This document shows, in pieces, positions 8,019 to 16,210 of a stretch of DNA of 64,000 nucleotides. The stretch covers positions 1-64,000 of IMG/VR virus record IMGVR_UViG_3300025072_002799; one strand, 5' to 3'. Source of the DNA: a virus. The position numbers and the translations under genes were made by a program. Numbering within the stretch: position 1 is the stretch's first letter; each line of letters begins with the position of its first letter. Below the pieces are notes generated by a model. It was not told the DNA's origin, did not search any database, and saw nothing but the letters and a program-made list of their open reading frames with translations.

Positions 8019-8616
8019 TCCAAATTATTTGTCGTTCTTTAATATAAGTTAAACTACAGTAAGGAACTTTCTCAAAATTTACACTAAGGCCACTTACAAC
8101 CTCTGATAAACTTATAATAAAATCTGAATGTGTAATCAAGACCGATTTGAAAGGAATCTCTTTTGCAATTGAATCCAAACGTAGGCAAAAGGAATCTGGA
8201 GTCTCTTTTTCGGAAAAAGCTGATAATTCATCTCTCTCCTCAAAGGTTATATTAGTCTCATTTCTAAAAATTTCAGAAGTTTCCATGCACCTTCTGGCTG
8301 GACTACAAAACATTTCGTAATCAGTCAACTCAATTTGTCTAGAAAGAAAAAAAGCCGTCTTACTTGCTTGTAGACGGCCTTGTTCGCAAAGACTTGGATT
8401 ATCGCCATCCAAATTAGGTTGGGCGTGACGTATCAAAATTACTTGCTTGAGATAAAAATTCATATCTTCACTTCGAAACTCTTGGGATTGAGGATCTATA
8501 AAGCCACTTGTTATTTGACTATTATCCCGCTGTTCAGAAGTAAGCTTTCCAAATGCTTCGCCATGGTTGTATCCGGTGTATATTCTACCATCTACAAATA
8601 GTGCTGGCAATTTCAC
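7996..8616 (-). CDS. histidine phosphatase (phosphoglycerate mutase/SixA-like)
   Basis: LIRHA, SP.RRC.ET and LITH motifs. Confidence 0.8.
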   Translation of the reverse strand: MKLPALFVDGRIYTGYNHGEAFGKLTSEQRDNSQITSGFIDPQSQEFRSEDMNFYLKQVILIRHAQPNLDGDNPSLCEQGRLQASKTAFFLSRQIELTDYEMFCSPARRCMETSEIFRNETNITFEERDELSAFSEKETPDSFCLRLDSIAKEIPFKSVLITHSDFIISLSEVVSGLSVNFEKVPYCSLTYIKERQIIWIAKNAEV

Positions 8617-8774
8617 GACTTTTCTCCATCATTTGAATCACTATAATATATTTATTTATCTATCGTTATCGCAAAACACCAAACCAACGAGAACTTTTTG
8701 TATTTCTTGTTTTTATTTGAAATTTTCATTCATTAAACACTACTATACTATATCAAGTTTAAGTATAGGTATCA

Positions 8775-9941
8775 ATGGAAGATTACACATATAAATTCAG
8801 ACTCTATCCAACAAAGGAGCAAGAGATTAAGCTTGCCAAGCATTTCGGTTGTGTGCGTTGGGCATATAACCACTTTCTTGACCGACGTGTAAAATTCTAC
8901 CTTAATGCTAAAGAACAAGATCTTGAAAAGAAATCACTTAACTACAATGACGACTCCAGAGAATTAACAATTATCAAGAAAGAAAAAACTTGGTTAAACG
9001 AGGTTAATGCGCAATCATTACAACATTCACTAAAACATTTGGAATCAAGTTTCAATCGCTTCTACAAAAAGTTGGCAAAGTTTCCACGCTTTAAAAATAG
9101 TCGATCAAAACAAAGTTTTAGAGTTCCGCAGAGCATTAAGGTAAAAGACAATATGCTTTATATTGTAAAATTCAGAGAAGGCATTAAAGTTAATCTACAT
9201 CGTCAAATTGAAGGCAAAATTTGCAATGCTACGATCAGCAGAAATAAAGTTGGTCAGTATTATGTGTGTATTGGGGTGCAACGACATATTCCTAAACTCA
9301 AACCAAACGAAAACCAAGTTGGCGTTGATTTAGGAGTTAAAACACTTGTTACGTGCTCAGATGGCAAAGCGTTTAAGAACATTAAGCCATATCGCAATCT
9401 TCAAGATCGCAGACGCATTTATGCAAAAGCATTGTCACGGACAGAAAAGGGAACTCGTGGCAGAGACAAAGCACGACGCAAACTTGCGAAATTAGACTTG
9501 AAGATAGCCAATATACGAAACAATCATTTGCATAAAATTAGTCATCAACTTGTTAGCGAGAACCAAACTATCGTGATGGAAGATTTGAACGTAAAAGGAA
9601 TGTTGAGTAATCGCAAATTGTCCAAAGCCATTTGGGACTGTTCTTTATCAGAATTAACTCGACAGATCGAGTATAAATGTAAGTGGTATGGTCGAGAATT
9701 TTTACAAGTTAGCCGATGGTTTCCATCTAGTAAAACTTGTGAAAGTTGCGGATACGTCAACGATGGTTTGACGTTAGCCGATAGAGAATGGACTTGTCCA
9801 AGATGCAAAGTTAAGCATGATCGTGACATGAATGCTGCAAGAAACATTTTGCGACAAGGATTAAATCAAGAAAATAGAACCGTAGGAACTACGGAGATAG
9901 CCGATTGTCTTGGTGTAAGACCTGCTTTAGCAGGCAACTGA
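8775..9941 (+). CDS. tnpB: IS200/IS605-family RNA-guided endonuclease TnpB
   Basis: YKFRLYPT HTH; RuvC residues in GVDLG, MEDL and DRDMNAA; CESC/CPRC zinc finger. Confidence 0.95.
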   Translation: MEDYTYKFRLYPTKEQEIKLAKHFGCVRWAYNHFLDRRVKFYLNAKEQDLEKKSLNYNDDSRELTIIKKEKTWLNEVNAQSLQHSLKHLESSFNRFYKKLAKFPRFKNSRSKQSFRVPQSIKVKDNMLYIVKFREGIKVNLHRQIEGKICNATISRNKVGQYYVCIGVQRHIPKLKPNENQVGVDLGVKTLVTCSDGKAFKNIKPYRNLQDRRRIYAKALSRTEKGTRGRDKARRKLAKLDLKIANIRNNHLHKISHQLVSENQTIVMEDLNVKGMLSNRKLSKAIWDCSLSELTRQIEYKCKWYGREFLQVSRWFPSSKTCESCGYVNDGLTLADREWTCPRCKVKHDRDMNAARNILRQGLNQENRTVGTTEIADCLGVRPALAGN

Positions 9942-9983
9942 TTGGATCGGAAGCCACCATATTTAAATTGGCTGGCATTTCAC
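9878..9983 (+). ncRNA. TnpB omegaRNA scaffold / element right end
   Basis: CCGTAGGAACTACGG and CCTGCTTTAGCAGG hairpins, then GAAGCC...TTCAC as typical of IS605-group right ends; guide would start at 9984. Confidence 0.65.
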
Positions 9984-10004
9984 TGTATGGTTGATAATGA
10001 AATA

Positions 10005-10979
10005 CTAAATTGCTTTTTTTGTAGGTCCAAAACGAGAATTCTTAGGCTGTTTTACAATTTCGTTGCCCAACATGCCAGATGCATAATTCCACCAATTAGA
10101 TTTTGCTTCTGGTAGGTCGAATTTTTTTGCCAATGTGTCTGGAACTACAACATAATCAAAATCTTGAGAAATTATCCATTGATTATTTGGAAGTTCGACC
10201 TTAAATCCTCCTCCATATTGAGAATTATTCAACATATTTGGGTCATAATCTTCAAATCGCATGTCAATGGTGTCAATTTTAACATCTCCATCTGTTGGCA
10301 TTCCAAGTCCTGGCATCTTGATAACATTCTTAAGACTTACATATGCCATTTCATTTAGGTTGTGAGACATCATTGGCTGAGTGGCAATTGGAGGAGCGGG
10401 GGCGGCAGCGCCCTGAGTGGTGGATGCTGGACCACCTTTCTTGGCAGCAGCAGCCATTGCAGCCATGCCAGCCTGGAACGGATCTTTCTTTTGCACAGGT
10501 TGAACTTCATATATTTTTTGCATTGTTCTATACAAAGAGGATTTCAAATTATTTACAATTTCTTCTGGCACGTCTTTGCTGTTAGTGGCACGGTCTATGT
10601 TGTCCATAATTTGCTTTATTGAATGATCTTTTTTCATTCTATCATAAACTACCTTGACCAATGCCATAATTTTATCTTTATTGGCTGGAGTTTGTTGTGC
10701 CTTTTGATATATGGCTCTAATAGATGGAATGTGAGTAAAATAAGTGTTGAATAAATCACCTGAACTGCGTTTCTGCATTCCAGCCATTTTGCCATACTCG
10801 TCTGGGGTGATGCCCATCATAGAATGAACGCCTGTTTGTATAGCGCCATGTTGTAAAGCAGATTGGACATATGGATTTGCAGAGGCTTTTGTGGCAAGGT
10901 TCTTCGCGCCTGTAATGGCACTGTTTAGCCATCCAGCTTCATCTAAAGTCATCCACTCTTTGAAAGTAAGGTTTTCCAT
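10005..10979 (-). CDS. putative virion (internal head) protein
   Basis: N-terminal TFKEWMTLDE motif; GCTAAATA late-promoter-like octamer upstream. Confidence 0.7.
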   Translation of the reverse strand: MENLTFKEWMTLDEAGWLNSAITGAKNLATKASANPYVQSALQHGAIQTGVHSMMGITPDEYGKMAGMQKRSSGDLFNTYFTHIPSIRAIYQKAQQTPANKDKIMALVKVVYDRMKKDHSIKQIMDNIDRATNSKDVPEEIVNNLKSSLYRTMQKIYEVQPVQKKDPFQAGMAAMAAAAKKGGPASTTQGAAAPAPPIATQPMMSHNLNEMAYVSLKNVIKMPGLGMPTDGDVKIDTIDMRFEDYDPNMLNNSQYGGGFKVELPNNQWIISQDFDYVVVPDTLAKKFDLPEAKSNWWNYASGMLGNEIVKQPKNSRFGPTKKAI

Positions 10980-11007
10980 TATAAATTATTTAGCCAGTAG
11001 GGGCGTT

Positions 11008-11832
11008 TTATTTTAATATTTTGGAAACTATAGTTTTCACATATTCTGACGTTTCTGTTCGGCTATTATTCACAAGAGTCTCAAGAGGTCCTTCACCTTG
11101 AAGCGAGATTTCTGGGTGTAGATACATTCTTTTATTGAATATTGGTGGCATTCCATGATTGTAGTGTATTAGATTGCTGTTCGCTGAGTTGTCCATAAGG
11201 TTTGTTTCATATTCATTATTGCCTTTTATTGAATATTCTTTTAATTTTTCAATAAATAAAATCATCCAAGCGATTTTGTCTGCGTACCTTTTGTCTGATG
11301 GGGCGTTTGTTGTTCCATTTATCTTTTTGAAGTCATTTTCAATTTTAACTCCAATTGAAATAACCCTTTCAAAGAACGAAGCGTCTACATCATTGAATTG
11401 CATAACACTTCCAACATTTAGCCAACTGTCACCTATGATTTTTTTTAAAAAATCATATCCAACTTTATAGAAATGACCTTGATCAAAGTCATAATCAACA
11501 CTAAAGCTTATGTTTGACTTTGATGGTTTTATAGGATTCGCAAGAACCATATCAGGCTCTATCACTACAAAATTGCTTCCCACCAGCCCCTTTGAGATTG
11601 CAAGAGTTATAGCATATGATTTATTCAAATATGGGTTTAACGATCTGCTATTAGAATGATTGAATTTATGCTTGTGATTGGCGAGGTTGTCGCACACAAC
11701 TGTATCATCATGAAGGTCAGCAATTGCAACGACTAAATCATCTTGCAAATTATGAAATTTAAAACTTTCTATAAGAATGTTTATTTGCCATTGAAAGTAT
11801 TCAGAATTTTCAATGCTTACTAGATATTTCAA
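11008..11832 (-). CDS. putative glycosyltransferase, HPAT/serine galactosyltransferase-like
   Basis: YFQWQ..IL..SF, YLNK and VIEPDMVL motifs; TTG start at 11832 with GGAGG SD. Confidence 0.5.
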   Translation of the reverse strand: MKYLVSIENSEYFQWQINILIESFKFHNLQDDLVVAIADLHDDTVVCDNLANHKHKFNHSNSRSLNPYLNKSYAITLAISKGLVGSNFVVIEPDMVLANPIKPSKSNISFSVDYDFDQGHFYKVGYDFLKKIIGDSWLNVGSVMQFNDVDASFFERVISIGVKIENDFKKINGTTNAPSDKRYADKIAWMILFIEKLKEYSIKGNNEYETNLMDNSANSNLIHYNHGMPPIFNKRMYLHPEISLQGEGPLETLVNNSRTETSEYVKTIVSKILK

Positions 11833-11853
11833 CTTTTCCTCCAACGCATAATG

Positions 11854-11889
11854 CAATAAGACCAGCATTTGGCAATGCTGGTCTTATTG
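11854..11889. terminator. perfect 16-bp hairpin downstream of the sigma gene
   Basis: CAATAAGACCAGCATT-TGGC-AATGCTGGTCTTATTG; no strong U-tail. Confidence 0.55.
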
Positions 11890-11916
11890 TAATAATAGTA
11901 AATTTTAAAATTTTAC

Positions 11917-13506
11917 TTAATTTATCATTGATTCAATGATCATTTCAATGCGATCACCAGTTATTTTAGTGTGATCCATAACGTGTAACTGTCTCATGAG
12001 GTTTGGCAGTTTTGCCATTGCACGTTTTTTAATTTGATCAAAATTGGCTCTATTGATATGAAGCTGTTCTGCTCCTTCTTCTGGGCTAACTCCTTGTGAA
12101 ACTAAAGACATGACATCTCTCATTGCATCAGGAAGCATTGCAATTGCTTTCCTTAGAGCCATCTTCTCTTCTTGCCCAACCATTGAACTTAAGCCTCCTG
12201 CTTTCTCTCTCCCAACCTCTTGGGAAAAACGATCACCAAGTTCATCATCACCTCCAGCGGTTCCTAGAACGCTTGGTCGATGTTTTTGACCTTTGCCGTG
12301 ATCCATTAATTTATTTCTAGCGACACTAAACACAAATGGGACAAATGTTTCTGGGTCTGCTGGGTTGCCATCTATAAGCTTTTGTCTGACCAATATAACA
12401 ATATCTTGAGCAATTTCCTCGGCAGTGTGGCTATTGAGTTTTTTGCTCAAAAGAAACCTTAATGCAAGTGTATGTGTTTTGTTTAGAACATCGTCCATGG
12501 CTTGTTTGTGGTCTGGATGTTCTGGACTTTGTGCCAAAAGGACATCTTGTTTGTCAACCTTTACATTTTCTACCAAATCAATTATTTCGCGTTGTTCGGC
12601 AAATTCCAAGAATGTGGTTCGTTTCATTTTATTTTCCTCTACAATTGATTCTATTATGATTTCAATGTAATTATTAGTTATTTTTGTGTGGTCCATCATT
12701 TTTTGATTGGACATGTCATTTTTGAGCATTTCAATTGCTCGTTTTTTAATTTGATCAAAATTAGCACGACTAATTCCAAGAGAGTTCGCAGCCTGCGCTG
12801 GTTTTTTGCCTTTTGTCAATGATTGAATAACTCTTTTCATTTTTTCTGGCAATCTAGAAATTGCTTTTCTTAGAGCAGCTTGTTCTTCACCTTTTACTGC
12901 TCCAGAATATGGTTGCGGAACGTCTGCTCTTACTCCTCTACCTCTAGAAAATGAAGCATAAGGAGAATGGAAGTCATCTTTTCCAATTATGTCTCCTCTT
13001 GACTTTGAGGCGCGTGTACGCATTCTCAGTTCGTTTCTTGCAATAGTTGTTACAAGTTTGAATAATGATCTTGGATGGTTTACGGTTTTTTTAAGTATTT
13101 TTTCTCTGATTATTAAAACAACATCTTGCACTATGTCATCTAAGTCTAATCCTTGAATGACTGGATCGACTTCATCATTGTCTAACTTTCCATAACCAGG
13201 ATTGGTCAAATAAAATTTAGATCGAGATTTAACGTATCTGTCAGTTAACGTATGAACTTTTTGCAATACTTCGTCAAGGGCGTTCTTGTCGCCATTTTGG
13301 GCATTCAAAAAAACTTGGTCATCAATCTTCAAATCGCTTGACTTAATTCCAAAATCGGAATTGTTGGGCTTCCAATCATATGATGGACTTGGCGAGTAAT
13401 GACCAGGAGGCGAATAATCACCCCTGCTGTCAGGGCTAAGACCGTAGCGATGTGCTTGATCGGGAGATCTTCCGATGCTCTCAACAAAGTCTTTAAATTT
13501 AATCAT
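11917..13506 (-). CDS. tandem double ECF-type sigma factor
   Basis: Two copies of region 2 (DDIVQDV/EEIAQDI...ARN) and region 4 (LRKAI..LP...A..L.I.RANFDQIKKRA). Confidence 0.8.
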   Translation of the reverse strand: MIKFKDFVESIGRSPDQAHRYGLSPDSRGDYSPPGHYSPSPSYDWKPNNSDFGIKSSDLKIDDQVFLNAQNGDKNALDEVLQKVHTLTDRYVKSRSKFYLTNPGYGKLDNDEVDPVIQGLDLDDIVQDVVLIIREKILKKTVNHPRSLFKLVTTIARNELRMRTRASKSRGDIIGKDDFHSPYASFSRGRGVRADVPQPYSGAVKGEEQAALRKAISRLPEKMKRVIQSLTKGKKPAQAANSLGISRANFDQIKKRAIEMLKNDMSNQKMMDHTKITNNYIEIIIESIVEENKMKRTTFLEFAEQREIIDLVENVKVDKQDVLLAQSPEHPDHKQAMDDVLNKTHTLALRFLLSKKLNSHTAEEIAQDIVILVRQKLIDGNPADPETFVPFVFSVARNKLMDHGKGQKHRPSVLGTAGGDDELGDRFSQEVGREKAGGLSSMVGQEEKMALRKAIAMLPDAMRDVMSLVSQGVSPEEGAEQLHINRANFDQIKKRAMAKLPNLMRQLHVMDHTKITGDRIEMIIESMIN

Positions 13507-13830
13507 TTATCCTCTTATGAAGTGCTTTTCAAAAAGCCTATAAACGTTTGAATATGCCAAGCCCCAAGCAGGACCGTGTACTTCTTCTCTGAATTTCTCT
13601 ATAGACCAATTATCGTACTCATCTGTCCAAGCCAATGTGTGAGCCCATTCGTGCAGTAAAACATCAATGACTTTGGATTCTGACAATTCCACATTTATTC
13701 TTATGTGAAACTTATCTCCTCTTTTTGTACAATAACCCTCTTCTTTTATCTTTGTTCGCCGGACTACTACAGGCAGTTTTGGCGGCATCTCTTTTTTTAA
13801 TAATTTCAAAACTTTGTAGTATGTCCTCAT
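13507..13830 (-). CDS. SprT-like zinc metalloprotease
   Basis: LLHEWAH and HGPAWG motifs. Confidence 0.75.
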   Translation of the reverse strand: MRTYYKVLKLLKKEMPPKLPVVVRRTKIKEEGYCTKRGDKFHIRINVELSESKVIDVLLHEWAHTLAWTDEYDNWSIEKFREEVHGPAWGLAYSNVYRLFEKHFIRG

Positions 13831-13835
13831 ACTAC

Positions 13836-14012
13836 TTATTTATATTTATCACCACTTTTTATTCCAAACAGCTTCTCTGCTTTTTTGGAACGTTTCGTAA
13901 CTGGCTTATATTTAGTACGTCCCTTTAATAATCCATTATTGCTAACATCTCCCATTCCCATGGAATTCTGTCCCAATCCTTGTTCTAGCCATTTTTTAAA
14001 GCATAATTTCAT
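13836..14012 (-). CDS. 58-aa basic protein (MKLCFKKWLE...)
   Basis: Manual translation; ATGA overlap with the HAD gene; carries the FxxWLE motif. Confidence 0.6.
   Translation of the reverse strand: MKLCFKKWLEQGLGQNSMGMGDVSNNGLLKGRTKYKPVTKRSKKAEKLFGIKSGDKYK
13837..13844 (-). promoter_or_regulatory. T4-type late promoter TATAAATA
   Basis: Exact octamer 6 nt before the ATG at 13830. Confidence 0.6.
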
Positions 14013-14851
14013 TTTTTTACCGGAATATCAATGACATAATGACCTGACTGGTTGTTAAAAACTTGATGTATTACAAAAGACTCTAAATTTGGCCACATCT
14101 TAAACAGCTTGTCTCCCATAGACTTCCAATGGGGGATATGGTCGCTTCTATCGTCCCAAGTCTCTATAACTCTAATATTGTTGTGCATAAGCTTGTTTAC
14201 AACCGCATATTCTTTATGCGCCCAAGTATCTGCAACAGGCTTTCCTTTGGCGGTTTGTGGATAATCTGGCTCAGTTCTTAAATCTCCACTATAAAATTCA
14301 TCATGCGAACCAGGACCTTCATCGTTTGCATGAGGAACATGATTGTCAATTGCCTTCTCATTAGAGTCTGGGATGTATCTCTTTCCATGAAGGTCATGAT
14401 GCTTCAAAACATTTCTTACGTGGTCAGAAGCAACGTCACGTCGCCCTGTAATCATTGCCACATGAGTATTTGGGTCAACCTTAGCCTGTCTCATTGCATC
14501 GACTATAGAGTCATTCATGGGCTTTCCAGGGAAGTGCGTGTCTCCCAACGAAGCTTCGCTTCCCCACCAATCTTTTCCATCCCAGCCACCCAAATGATCA
14601 TGAACGACCTTTTCAGCGTTATCCATATCAAGTTTAGCGGACTGTCTTTGACGTGCTGTTGATGTTTCGCTTTTGTGAGCAGCCCTATGCTTCTTTCTTG
14701 CATTATTAAGCTTTTTAATGGAAGACTGAGCCTCTGTAGACCTATGTGGGGTTTCTGGAACTCTTGCAAGAGTGCTGTCAAAATCGAAAATTGCTAATCG
14801 TGTCTTCATCGGCTGGTGTGCCTCAAAAAAGTTTTTAAAGTATAGTTCCAT
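14009..14851 (-). CDS. HAD phosphatase, Swiss-Army-Knife RNA-repair-like
   Basis: IFDFDSTL (motif I), WW, ITGR and WDDR..H motifs; start moved to MELYFKNFFE after CATAGATA. Confidence 0.75.
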   Translation of the reverse strand: MELYFKNFFEAHQPMKTRLAIFDFDSTLARVPETPHRSTEAQSSIKKLNNARKKHRAAHKSETSTARQRQSAKLDMDNAEKVVHDHLGGWDGKDWWGSEASLGDTHFPGKPMNDSIVDAMRQAKVDPNTHVAMITGRRDVASDHVRNVLKHHDLHGKRYIPDSNEKAIDNHVPHANDEGPGSHDEFYSGDLRTEPDYPQTAKGKPVADTWAHKEYAVVNKLMHNNIRVIETWDDRSDHIPHWKSMGDKLFKMWPNLESFVIHQVFNNQSGHYVIDIPVKK

Positions 14852-14876
14852 ACGTTTATCTATGTGTGGGCGCATT

Positions 14877-14916
14877 AAAAAACCCACCAAGATGTTACCA
14901 TCTTGATGGGTTTTTT
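14877..14916 (-). terminator. intrinsic terminator closing the ncRNA block
   Basis: AAAAAACCCATCAAGATG-GTAA-CATCTTGGTGGGTTTTTT on the minus strand. Confidence 0.85.
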
Positions 14917-15478
14917 ACAACGCACAATCCGCTAATCCACTATGGTTAAGTGAACTAACCTATTAACGGCAACTCTTAGCATTACTCCAGCAGGGATGTA
15001 CGTCACAACCTGTTGGCTCACCACTTGGGGATCTTTTTCTATATGCTCGAAATGTCATTTCACAAAAATTCTTGAATAATAGCCAACTACTGTTACCATA
15101 GATGGTCATTATTTTTCAAACTTTTCAAAAACAACACACTTGCATGTTAGGATTGGTCCAAGTTCTTAATGTTGCAAACGTCGTTTGCTATTCTGAATTA
15201 AGTAACAGAATCGTTTCTTTGGAGATCAATAATTCTCCAGGCTCAACAAAGCAATTGAAATGCGACCATTCCTTGAAGGCTTAATTTAGTAAATGCAAAC
15301 CTAAATGTATCCCGCTTTGTACCAAGGCTTCTATATCAAAAATCACACCAAATGGTAGATGCTCACCATTTTCGTATTGGTTTTTTTGATATAGATTTGA
15401 TTAAACTACTTTTGTTCCACATCTTCATTTCTGAGATTTGGTTTTCACTTAATCGCCTAATTCAGTCCTTTCACTCTC
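14917..15478 (-). ncRNA. large ornate ncRNA, ROOL-like
   Basis: ~560 nt without a credible ORF; long-range TTAAGTGAA/TTCACTTAA and GTTGGCT/AGCCAAC pairings; 13-bp stem 15330-15342/15383-15395; motif strings resemble ROOL as recalled, not searched. Confidence 0.6.
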
Positions 15479-15481
15479 TAA

Positions 15482-15518
15482 TATTTAGTTCTAACATAAC
15501 CAATTAGATGTGTGTCAA
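15482..15518 (-). promoter_or_regulatory. candidate promoter for the ROOL-like RNA
   Basis: TTGACA (15513-15518) upstream of the late-type octamer ACTAAATA (15482-15489). Confidence 0.45.
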
Positions 15519-15524
15519 CAGTGT

Positions 15525-15750
15525 TTTAACCCTTGCGGCGTGATCTCATTCTTGACGTTAGTAATTAGAATGATGTCCATAGTTAGTCAGACTTAGTTCC
15601 GAAGCCCACTCACAGGTTAACGGTTAACGTCCCCCAAAACAGCCAGTCTTGGTTTAGTTTCCCGTAAAGATTATGGCGTGTCCCATATTCTTTCCCAGCC
15701 TTATCAGCTTTTGCAAGAGTGGATTTCTCCACTCCTCTGTGAGATTTTTT
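15525..15750 (-). ncRNA. unassigned structured RNA, ~230 nt
   Basis: CTCACAG/CTGTGAG enclosing helix, GAGTGGA-GAAA-TCCACTC, TCATTCT/AGAATGA and CC-GCAA-GG. Confidence 0.5.
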
Positions 15751-15755
15751 GTTTC

Positions 15756-15770
15756 AAATTGTCAAAGATC
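15756..15770 (-). promoter_or_regulatory. boxA-like antitermination site
   Basis: GATCTTTGACAATTT resembles rrn boxA and lies downstream of the tRNA-like elements. Confidence 0.55.
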
Positions 15771-15836
15771 TGATTTGTGTGGGCGAATTACATGCGATCA
15801 ACAGTGATGAACCTCCCGCAAGACACCAGCACACAG

Positions 15837-15917
15837 TGGGGTGGAAAGGGATCGAACCTTTCAATTTAACTCTTGCTCGAAAGCAAGGGTTACGTTTTTC
15901 CACTAAACTACACCCCA
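15837..15917 (-). ncRNA. anticodon-less tRNA-like RNA 3
   Basis: TGGGGTG TA GTTT-AGTGGAA-AAAC G TAACCCTTGCT-TTCG-AGCAAGAGTTA AATT GAAAGG-TTCGATC-CCTTTC CACCCCA. Confidence 0.85.
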
Positions 15918-15984
15918 AATGAAGCACTAAAATTAATTAAAAATCATTGGCGACGACTTTCTGACTAATTGCTAGTGCCTCAAG

Positions 15985-16066
15985 CAGTAGGGGGAGGAAT
16001 TTAACCTCCCATCTCTTACTCTTGCCCGTAGACATGAGTAAACGCTTTACTATAAGCTACCTACTA
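15985..16066 (-). ncRNA. anticodon-less tRNA-like RNA 2
   Basis: TAGTAGG TA GCTT-ATAGTA-AAGC G TTTACTCATGTC-TACG-GGCAAGAGTAAG AGAT GGGAGG-TTAAATT-CCTCCC CCTACTG. Confidence 0.8.
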
Positions 16067-16210
16067 TAACAGACGATGGCGAGAAACATTCAACCGAGTC
16101 AAAGCCACCATCTATTACGCGACAGAAACCGTTAGGTTATCTGTCATGAGATTAGTGCAATTGAAAATAACGGTTGGCCCATAATTTTAACTATGCAACA
16201 AAATCTCAAG

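Noticed and set aside
15102-15284. 60-aa plus-strand ORF
   Set aside because: Antisense to the structured RNA, with no SD or recognisable motif.
15690-15710. Hammerhead ribozyme core (CTGATAAG...GAAA)
   Set aside because: Departs from CUGANGA, and I could not build the three required stems.
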